From Felis catus (lineage: Eukaryota): a DNA stretch of 64,000 nucleotides. Both the position numbers and the translations under genes were made by a program. Shown here piece by piece: positions 51,929-62,054 of the stretch (positions within the stretch are counted from its first letter, which is position 1; each line of letters opens with the position of its first letter). The notes below the pieces were generated by a model. That model was not told the origin of the DNA and ran no database searches. It saw only the letters and a program-made list of their open reading frames with translations. The stretch is taken from contig NC_058369.1 of NCBI RefSeq assembly GCF_018350175.1, forward strand, positions 19,966,001 through 20,030,000, written 5' to 3'.

Positions 51929-54900
51929 TTTTTTTCAATATATGAAATTTATTGTCAAATTGGTTTCCATACAACACCCAGTGCTCATCCCAAAAGGTGC
52001 CCTCCTCAATACCCATCACCCACCCTCTCCTCCCTCCCACCCCGCATCAACTCTCAGTTTGTTACAGTTTTTAAGAGTCTCTTATGCTTTGGCTCTCTCC
52101 CACTCTAACCTCTTTTTTTTTTCCTTCCCCTCCCCCATGGGTTTCTGTTAAGTTTCTCAGGATCCACATAAGAGTGAAAACATATGGTATCTGTCTTCTC
52201 TGTATGGCTTATTTCACTTAGCATCACACTCTCCAGTGCCATCCACGTTGCTACAAAGGGCCATATTTCATTCTTTCTCATTGCCATGTAGTACTCCATT
52301 GTGTATATAAACCACAATTTCTTTATCCATTCATCAGTTGATGGACATTTAGGCTCTTTCCATAATTTGGCTATTGTTGAGAGTGCTGCTATAAACATTG
52401 GGGTCCAAGTGCCCCTATGCATCAGTACTCCTGTATCCCTTGAGTAAATTCCTAGCAGTGCTATCTCTGGGTCATAGGGTAGGTCTATTTTTAATTTTCT
52501 GAGGAACCTCCACACTGCTTTCCAGAGTGGTTGCACCAATTTGCATTCCCACCAACAGTGCAAGAGGGTTCCCGTTTCTCCACATCCTCTCCAGCATCTA
52601 TAGTCTCCTGATTTGTTCATTTTGGCCACTCTGACTGGCGTGAGGGGATATCTGAGTGTGGTTTTGATTTGTATTTCCCTGATGAGGAGCGACATTGAGC
52701 ATCTTTTCATGTGCCTGTTGGCCATCCGGATGCCTTCTTTAGAGAAGTGTCTATTCATGTTTTCTGCCCATTTCTTCACTGGGTTTTTTGTTTTTCGGAT
52801 GTGGAGTTTGGTGAGCTCTTTATAGATTTTGGATGTTAACCCTTTGTCCGATATGTCGTTTGCAAATATCTTTTCCCATTCCGCTGATGCCTTTTAGTTA
52901 TGTTGATTGTTTCCTTTGCTGTGAAGAAGTTTTTTATCTTCATAAGGTCCCGGTAATTCATTTTTGCTTTTAATTCCCTTGCCTTTGGGGATGTGTCGAG
53001 TAAGAGATTGCTACAGCTGAGGTCAGAGAGGTCTTTTCCTGTTTTCTCCTCTAGGGTTTTGATGGTTTCCTGTCTCACATTCAGGTCCTTCATCCATTTT
53101 GAGTTTATTTTTGTGAATGGTGTGAGAAAGTGGTCTAGTTTCAACCTTCTGCATGTTGCTGTCCAGTTCTCCCAGCACCATTTGTTAAAGAGACTGCCTT
53201 TTTCCATTGGATATTCTTTCCTGCTTTGTCAAAGATTAGTTGGCCATACTTTTCTGGGTCTAGTTCTGGGGTTTCTATTCTATTCCATTGGTCTATGTGT
53301 CCGTTTTTTGTGCCAATACCATGCTGTCTTGAGGATTACAGCTTTGTAGTACAGGCTAAAGGCTGGGATTGTGATGCCTCCTGCTTTGGTCTTCTTCTTC
53401 AAAATTCCTTTGGCTATTCGGGGCCTTTGGTGGTTCCATACAAATTTTAGGATTGCTTGTTCTAGCTTCGAGAAGAATGCTGGTGCAATTTTGATTGGGA
53501 TTGCATTGAATGTATAGATAGCTTTGGGTAGTATTGACATTTTAACAATATTTATTCTTCCAATCATGAGCACGGAATGTTTTTCCATTTCTTTATATCT
53601 TCTTCAGTTTCTATACTTTTCTAAGCTTTCTATAGTTTTCAGCATACAGATCTTTCACATCTTTGGTTAGGTTTATTCCTAGGTATTTTATGCTTCTTGG
53701 TGCAGTTGTGAATGGGATTAGCTTCTTTATTTGTCTTTCTGTTGCTTCATTACTAGTGTATAAGAACGCAACTGATTCTGTACATTGATTTTGTATCCTG
53801 AGACTTTGCTGAATTCAGGTATCAGTTCTAGCAGACTTGGTGGAGTCTGTTGGGTTTTCCATGTATAATATCATGTCATCTGCAAAAAGTGAAAGCTTGA
53901 CTTCATCTTTGCCAATTTTGATGCCTTTGATTTCCTTTTGTTGTCTGATTGCTGATGCTAGAACTTCCAACACTATGTTAAACAACAGTGGTGAGAGTGG
54001 GCATCCCTGTCGTGTTCCTGATCTCAGGGAAAAAGCTCTCAGTTTTTCCCCATTGAGGATGATGTTAGCTGTGGGCTTTTCATAAATGGCTTTTATGATG
54101 TTTAAGTATGTTCCTTCTATCCCGACTTTCTCAAGGGTTTTTATTAAGAAATGGTGCTGGATTTTGTCAAAGGCCTTTTCTGCATCGATTGACAGGATCA
54201 TATGGTTCTTTTCTTTTATTAATGTGATGTATCACGTTGATTGATTTGCAAATGTTGAACCAGCCCTGCATCCCAGGAATGAATCCCACTTGGTCATGAT
54301 GAATAATTCTTTTTATATGGTGTTGAATTCGATTTGCTAGTATCTTATTGAGAATTTTTGCATCCATATTCATCAGGGATATTGGCCTGTAGTTCTCTTT
54401 TTTTACTGGGTCTCTGTCTGGTTTAGGAATCAAAGTAATACTGGCTTCATACAATGAGTCTGGAAGTTTTCCTTCCCTTTCTATTTCTTGGAATAGCTTG
54501 AGAAGGATAGGTATTATCTCTGCTTTAAACATCTGGTAGAACTCCCCTGGGAAGCCATCTGGTCCTGGACTCTTATTTGTTGGGAGATTTTTGATAACCG
54601 ATTCAATTTCTTCGCTGGTTATGGGTCTGTTCAAGCTTTCTATTTCCTCCTGATTGAGTTTTGGAAGAGTATGGGTGTTCAGGAATTTTTCCATTTCTTC
54701 CAGGTTGTCCAATTTGTTGGCATATAATTTTTCATAGTATTCCCTGATAATTGTTTGTATCTCTGAGGGATTGGTTGTAATAATTCCATTTTCATTCATG
54801 ATTTTATCTATTTGGGTCATCTCCCTTTTCTTTTTGAGAAGCCTGGCTAGAGGTTTGTCAATTTTGTTTATTTTTCTCAAAAACCAACTCTTGGTTTCGT

Positions 54901-57828
54901 TGATCTGCTCTACAGTTTTTTTAGATTCTATATTGTTTATTTCTGCTCTGATCTTTATTATTTCTCTTCTTCCACTGGGTTTAGGCTGCCATTGCTGTTC
55001 TGCTTCTGTTTCCTTTAGGTGTGCTGTTAGATTTTGTATTTGGGATTTTTCTTGTTTCTTGAGATAGGCCTGGATTGCAATGTATTTTCCTCTCAGGACT
55101 GCCTTTGCTGCATCCCAAAGCATTTGGATTGTTGTATTTTCATTTTCATTTGTTTCCATATATTTTTAAATTTCTTCTCTAATTGCCTGGTTGACCCATT
55201 CATTCTTTAGTAGGGTGTTCTTTAACCTCTATGCTTTTGGAGGTTTTCCAGACTTTTTCCTGTGGTTGATATCAAGCTTGATAGCATTGTGGTCTGAAAG
55301 TATGCATGGTATAATTTCAATTCTTGTATACTCATGAAGGGCTGTTTTGTGACCCAGTATATGATCTATCTTGGAGAATGTTGCATGTGCACTCAAGAAG
55401 AAAGTATATTCTGTTGCTTTGGGATGCAGAGTTCTAAATATATCTGTCAAGTCCATCTGATCCAATGTCTCATTCAGGTCCCTTGTTTCTTTATTGACCG
55501 TGTGTCTAGATGATCTATCCATTTCTGTAAGTGGAGTGTTAAAGTCCCCTGCAATTACCACATTCTTATCAATAAGGTTGCTTATGTTTATGAGTAATTG
55601 TTTTATATATTTGGGGGCTCCGGTATTCGGTGCATAGACATTTATAATTGTTAGCTCTTCCTGATGGATAGACCCTGTAATTATTATATAATGCCCTTTT
55701 TCATCTCTTGTTACAGCCTTTAATTTAAAGTCTAGTTTGTCTGATATAAGTATGGCTACTCCAGCTTTCTTTTGGCTTCCAGTCGCATGATAAATAGTTC
55801 TCCATCCCCTCACTCTCAATCTAAAGGTGTCCTCAGGTCTAAAATGAGTCTCTTGTAGACAGCAAATAGATGGGTCTTGTTTTTTTATCCATTCTGATAC
55901 CCTATGTCTTTTGGTTGGCGCATTTAATCCATTTACATTCAGTGTTATTATAGAAAGATATGGGTTTAGAGTCATTGTGATGTCTGTATGTTTTATGCTT
56001 GTAGCGATGTCTCTGGTACTTTGTCTCACATGATCCCCCTTAGGATCTCTTGTAGGGCTGGTTTAGTGGTGACGAATTCCTTCAGTTTTTGTTTGTTTGG
56101 GAAGACCTTTATCTCTCCTTCTATTCTAAATGACAGACTTGCTGGATAAAGGATTCTCGGCTGCATATTTTTTCTGTTCATCACATTGAAGATCTCGTGC
56201 CAATCCTTTCTAGCCTGCCAAGTTTCAAAAGAGAGATCAGTCACGAGTCTTATAGGTCTCCCTTTATATGTTAGGGCACGTTTATCCCTTGCTGCTTTCA
56301 GAATTTTCTCTTTATCCTTGTATTTTGCCAGTTTCACACTGATATGTTGTGCAGAAGATCGATTCAAGTTACGTTTGAAGGGAGTTCTCTGTGCCTCTTG
56401 GATTTCAATGCCTTTTTCCTTCCCCAGTTCAGGGAAGTTCTCAGCTATTATTTCTTCAAGTACCCCTTCAGCACCTTTCCCTCTCTCTTCCTCCTCTGGA
56501 ATACCAATTATGCGTATATTATTTCTTTTTAGTGTATCACTTAGTTCTCTAATTTTCCCCTCATACTCCTGGATTTTCTTATCTCTCTTTTTCTCAGCTT
56601 CCTCTTTTTCCATAACTTTATCTTCTAGTTCACCTATTCTCTCCTCTGCCTCTTCAATCCGAGCCGTCGTCGTTTCCATTTTATTTTGCATTTCGTTTAA
56701 AGCGTTTTTCAGCTCCTCCTGACTGTTCCTTAGTCCCTTGATCTCTGTAGCAAGAGATTCTCTGCTGTCCTCTATACTGTTTTCAAGCCCAGCGATTAAT
56801 TTTATGACTATTATTCTAAATTCACTTTCTGTTATATTACTTAAATCCTTTTTGATCAGTTCATTGGCTGTTGTTATTTTCTGGAGATTCTTTTGAGGGG
56901 AATTCTTCTGTTTGGTCATTTTGGATAGTCCCTGGAGTGGTGGGGACCTGCAGGGCACTTCCCCTGTGCTGTAGTGTATAACAGGAGTTGGTGGGCGGGG
57001 CCGCAGTCAGACCTGATGTCTGCCCCCAGCCCACCCCTGGGGCCACAGTCAGACTGGTGTATGCCTTCTCTTCCCCTCTCCTAGGGGCGGGATTCACTGT
57101 GGGGTGGCGTGGCCTGTCTGGGCTACTTGCACACTGCCAGGCTTGTGGTGCTGGGGATCTGACATTTTATCTGGGGTGGGTAGGCAAGGTGCACGGGGGC
57201 AGGAGGGGCAGGCTTAGCTTGCTTCTCCTTAGGTGATCCACTTCAGGAGGGGCCCTGTGGCAGTGGGAGGGAGTCAGACCCGCTGCCGGAGGGGTGGCTC
57301 CACAGAAGCACACCGTTGGGTGTTTGCTCGGAGCAAGCAAGTTCCCTGGCAGGAACTGGTTCTCTTTGGGATTTTGGCTGGGGGATGGGCAAGGGAGATG
57401 GCGCTGGCTAGCACCTTTGTTCCCCGCCAAACTGAGCTCTGTCGTCTGGGGGCTCAGCAACTCTCCCTCCCTTTGTCCTCCAGTCTTCCTGCTTTCCAAG
57501 CAGAGCTGTTAACTTATGACCTCCCCGCTTGCTGTCGGAACACACTCCCTCCGGTCCCTCTGCTTTTGCAAGCCAGACTCAGGGGCTCTGCTTGGCTGGC
57601 AGGCTGCCCCTCCGCCCCGGCTCCCTCCCGCCAGTCTGTGCAGCACGCACCACCTCTCTGCCCTTCCTACCCTCTTCCGTGGGCCTTTCGTCTGCACTTG
57701 GCTCCGGAGACTCCGTTCTGCTAGTCTTATGGTGGTTTTTTGGGTTATTTAGGCAGGTGTAGGTGGAATCTAAGTGATCAGCAGGACGTGCGGTGAGCCC
57801 AGCGTCCTCCTACCCCGCCATCTTCTCC
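51929..57828 (-). mobile_element. Full-length young felid L1, ORF1 intact, ORF2 disrupted
   Basis: 5' GGAGAAGATGGCGGGGTAGG start; ORF1; ORF2 from ATG at 55975 broken by a stop at 55229 and frameshifts (fragments 54167..55159, 53815..54201 etc.); 3'UTR and tail. Confidence 0.96.
56026..56919 (-). CDS. L1 ORF1p (297 aa), open from MTKQKNSPQK to ...QEILRGIM
   Basis: uninterrupted frame with coiled-coil, RRM (NNIRIIGIPEEEE) and CTD (RILYPASLSF) motifs; expression unknown. Confidence 0.85.
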   Translation of the reverse strand: MTKQKNSPQKNLQKITTANELIKKDLSNITESEFRIIVIKLIAGLENSIEDSRESLATEIKGLRNSQEELKNALNEMQNKMETTTARIEEAEERIGELEDKVMEKEEAEKKRDKKIQEYEGKIRELSDTLKRNNIRIIGIPEEEERGKGAEGVLEEIIAENFPELGKEKGIEIQEAQRTPFKRNLNRSSAQHISVKLAKYKDKEKILKAARDKRALTYKGRPIRLVTDLSFETWQARKDWHEIFNVMNRKNMQPRILYPASLSFRIEGEIKVFPNKQKLKEFVTTKPALQEILRGIM

Positions 57829-57844
57829 ATAAGCTTAATATATA

Positions 57845-58053
57845 TTTTTAATGTTTATTTTTTGAGGGAGTGAGACAGAGCATGAGCATGAGCGGCAGAA
57901 GGTCAGAGAGAGAGGGAAACACAGAATCAGAAGCAGGCTCCAGGCTCTGAGCTGTCAGCACAAAGCCCGACGTGGGGCTCAAACTCACAGACCATGAGAC
58001 CATGACCTGAGCCAAAGTCTGACGCTTATCCAACTGAGCCACCCAGGCACCCC
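57845..58053 (-). mobile_element. CanSINE whose tail hosts the full-length L1
   Basis: TSD CATAYTTATCTTTTAA at 51903-51918 and 58054-58069. Confidence 0.9.
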
Positions 58054-59121
58054 CATATTTATCTTTTAAAAAATGCAAACTGTTCACCTCAGCTCCCACT
58101 TAACCTAAAGCTCTTGTTATTTAGTGTGGCATAAAAGGCCCAGCATGATATAATTCTATTTCTTTAGTTTTATTTCCCGTATCGTGATGTCTTCAGTATC
58201 TTTCCCTAAACATGCCTTGCTCTTTCATGCCTCCCTACCCTTGTTGGCTTGTTAAACTCCTATCTTTTAAAACTCAACTATGTGAAACTCTCCTCAGTAT
58301 TTATGGGTATAATAAGGCCCTGGGACTTCATTGTGCCCATGATGACACCCTGAACCTAGATTTATCCCATTACTAGATATTACATTGTAATGTACACATG
58401 CATGTAGATTTTCCCCATTGGAATGGGAGCTTTCTTATGTGTCTTTGTACCATTTCTCCCCAGTGAGTGCTAAGCACAGAATTTTGGATATTGGATCATT
58501 AGATAACTATTTATTGAGTGAATGAATGGATAAGTGCATCTGTCAAATAAGTACCAATCAATCTGCTGTGAATCAAGAAATTTTTATTTAATTGAACAGT
58601 TTATCAAGCATTTACTAAGAATTTCTTTTTTGGGGCCTCTGTAATGACTTCTTGTGATTTATGGGTTAAAAAGGAATGTCATTGACCCTGAAGAGGTCTG
58701 TACAGGACATTACAGGATTTCTAAAAGGTGGGAAACATGTTTTCCTGATTTTAAGTCCCAAAGCTGAGTGGTAAAGTAGGATTAAAGCATATGTCTACAT
58801 GCAGCAAGACTTTTATGCACGCTAAGCAGTCAGGAAAAAACAAACAAAAAATAACCTTTCAGATAGAAGCTTTTACAGAGTCTTTTAAGTTAAAAAAATG
58901 GAAGTCCTAAACCATTGGTTGTTTTATATATTTTTCTAATCAGTCACATTTCAGACCTTGCTTTGTATTTAGGATTAAACTGTATAGTTTGGGAAAGAAA
59001 TACAATCAGCTTTACAATGTAATACACTGAGAGAAATGGCTTTTCCTGTCATGGTGACCACATCAGCCGTCACCAAGGTTTTGAACTCTATTCAAAGAAC
59101 TATTTTTAAAGAGATAAAAGA

Positions 59122-59304
59122 GGGAGTGCCTGGGTGACTCAGTCAGCTAAGTATCCTAGCTCTTGATTTCAGCTCAGGTCATGATCTCACAGTTTGTGGG
59201 ATCGAGCCCCACATCAGAGACCACACTGACAGCATGGAGCCTGCTTAGGATTCTCTCTCTCCTTCTCTCTCTCTGCCCCTCCCCCGACCCGCACGCATGC
59301 GCAT

Positions 59305-59341
<37 letters not shown>

Positions 59342-59370
59342 ATAAATAAATTAACATAAAATAAAACAAA
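59122..59370 (+). mobile_element. CanSINE with (CT)n tract
   Basis: head, CT tract 59310-59338, A tail. Confidence 0.9.
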
Positions 59371-59560
59371 GGGATGCCTGGGTGGCTCAGTCCGTTGAGC
59401 ATCAGACTTTGGCTCAGGTCATGATGTCACCATGCATGAGTTTGGGCTTCCTGTGGGGCTTGCTCCTGTCAGTGCAGAGCCTGTTTTGGATCCTCTGTCC
59501 ACCTCTCTTGGTCCCTTCCCTGCTTGTGCTCTCTCTCTCTCTGAAAAATATATTGACATT
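59371..59560 (+). mobile_element. CanSINE
   Basis: gggatgcctgggtggctcag head. Confidence 0.9.
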
Positions 59561-59576
59561 TAAAATAAGAAGAAGA

Positions 59577-59802
59577 GGGGCGCCTGGGTGGCGCAGTCGG
59601 TTAAGTGTCCGACTTCAGCCAGGTCACGATCTCGCGGTCCGTGAGTTCGAGCCCCGCGTCAGGCTCTGGGCTGATGGCTCAGAGCCTGGAGCTTGTTTCC
59701 GATTCTGTGTCTCCCTCTCTCTCTGCCCCTCCCCCGTTCATGCTCTGTCTCTCTCTGTCCCAAAAATAAATAAACGTTGAAAAAAATTTTTTTTAAAAAT
59801 AA
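59577..59802 (+). mobile_element. Young Felidae CanSINE
   Basis: perfect TSD TAAAATAAGAAGAAGA (59561-59576, 59803-59818). Confidence 0.96.
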
Positions 59803-60959
59803 TAAAATAAGAAGAAGAAAAAGGAAAAAGAAGTCAGAGAAGAGGAGGATCATTAAAAGACTGAGAAGCCAGAAAGGGCTCTTGGAGAAAATGAAAGTTG
59901 TTGAATTAAAGATTAGCCAGGATCTGGATAGGGTACTAATTCATTGTTCAACAGGTATTTATTTAACATCTTTTATCCTTTGAGATAGATGAGCAAGAGA
60001 TAAGCAAGAGAAATATCTGCTTGTCTTTCTGGAGCTTATGCTGTAGTAGAGAGACTAGCTGTCTCTACTAGAGAGATCACCAAACACATGATTAAATGAA
60101 TAAGTATGTAGTTTGAAAAGTGCGATAGGTGCTATGAAGGAAAGTCATGCAGAATGCTCCGAAACCTCATGTAGACTGGAGTGAGGGGAGGCTCTTATGG
60201 CATCCATGCTGAGACTTAAAGTGATGTAAGTCATGTAAATCCTTATGTTTACTCATGTAAACATAAAGAGTGGATAATGTGATCTAGGCAGAAGAAGGCA
60301 TAGATGCAAGGAAAAAACTTGGTATATACAGAGAATTGAATGGTGGTTGGTATCCCTGGAATGTTTCAAGTAAGAGAAGGAAAGGATATCACAAGAGGGT
60401 ATTGAAGAGATAGTGAGGTACCAGATTATGCAGGGCCTTATAGCCACAAAAGAATTTTGAATTTTATTGTAAGTTTAGGAGAGAAGATATTCAAGCACAG
60501 AAAGTACCAAAGGCAAAAGCATGAGTCAGACACAGTAAAGATATCAATGTATGTATGTAGGAAATTAGAAGAGGTTATTAGAGCTAGGAAAAGGTTTGGA
60601 TTGACAGTAAACTCCAGGTCTTGAACCTGTTTCTTACCCATCTTTGCTCATAGCCCCTTTAACAATGAAAGAATTCAGTAAATGTCCGATCAAAAGATGT
60701 GTTAGAGACAAGATTAAATATATCTAGGATAGCCCTGAAAACCCAACACACTAATTTAGATTTGATGGATTAGATAACCCGTAAGAATCCTTGAACAGGG
60801 GAATAACATGAATGACATGTTGAAGGTGGTGATTTGAGATTATCACAGTGGTAATATATAGGTTAAACTAGAAAAACAGATAAGTTAGAAGCTGTTGCAT
60901 ACATGAAACGGTAAAGCCCCAGGATAAGGAGGCTAGTAGTAAGATTAAAGAAGATACAG

Positions 60960-61570
60960 CATCATGCCCTGTAAGGTGTGGACCCAGCTGATCACCTCTA
61001 TACCCTGATTTCCTATCATTCCCCACTTGATCACTCTACAATGGCCTCCTGAAAATATAACACATTTCTACTTTAGGCACTTTCTTTACATCTGTTTCCT
61101 GGATGTCTTCATGGTGCTTGCATCCTCCCCTTCTTCAGGTTTTGTATTTTGGGTTTTTTTTTTTTTTGTTTTTTTTGCAGTCACAAAAATTTTTTTCATT
61201 TTATTTTAATATACTTTATTGTCAAATTGGCTTCCATACAACGAATGATACCTTCTTCAGGTTTTTACTCAAGTGTCACCCTTTCAGGCTTTTCCTGGCC
61301 ACACAATCGAATTGAAACCATCATTGCCACCATCTCCCACATATACATGCACATTCTCAGTGTCTCTTCCTTCTTTTGTATTTTTCCCTAGCACTTAACA
61401 CCATCTAGCATACTAAATAGTTTATATATTTACCTTTTTATTGTCTGTATTCCATCACTGGACTGTAAGCACTATGAGAACAGAGATTTTTTTTAATTCT
61501 CTGAACGTATCTGAGAGAGTTTTGGCACATGGTAGGTACTCAGTAATTACTTATTGAATGGATGAGTAGT
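60960..61570 (+). mobile_element. L2 3' end relic
   Basis: ctggactgtaagcactatgagaacagag...ggcacatggtaggtactcagt...tgaatggatga. Confidence 0.7.
61144..61250 (-). mobile_element. Extremely truncated L1 (~40 nt) with extended tail
   Basis: tttattgtcaaattggcttccatacaac L1 end; perfect TSD CCTTCTTCAGGTTTT (61129-61143, 61251-61265). Confidence 0.85.
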
Positions 61571-62054
61571 CTACTAATTATAACAATAAACTTAGTTACT
61601 CCTTTTATCTCTTTTTCTCTCTATTTATAAAACCTATAACTCAATGATGTGGGTTTTTTTTTTTTTTTTTTACCTTGGAGACAAGAAGAGTGATGCTATA
61701 ATTACTGAAGCCAGCTGAGTGAAAGAAGTGATGAGTTCAATTTGGGCTATGTTGAGTTTGAAGTGGTAGCTAAACAACCCAGGCCATGTGGTGAGGGCAT
61801 CTGGGATGCAGGTGAGATGTCACAGATGAAGATGAGAATTTTCATGGGAATAGTTTCTGCATGCAGAAACAAGGCTATCTGAAAAAGTAAGAACATATGT
61901 AAAGAGCAAAGGACAAAACACAAGGAATATTTCAGTCATTAAGAAAACATTTTATATATACCTAACACGCACAATGTACTACTGTCAAGTAATTTAGGAA
62001 TTCATTTAAGATTGGGGAATAAGTGCCAATAAAAGAGAAGAAACAATTGAACAT

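Noticed and set aside
779..52151. Recurrent small ORFs [17 protein letters not shown]... as a peptide gene family
   Set aside because: They are the antisense reading of the L1 3' terminus and occur wherever that stub is inserted.
52105..55975. Active autonomous L1
   Set aside because: ORF2 has a nonsense codon at 55229 and several frameshifts.
60043..60070. Small hairpin tagtagagagac/gtctctacta
   Set aside because: Short imperfect inverted repeat in a probable L2 relic; too small for a miRNA precursor or MITE call.
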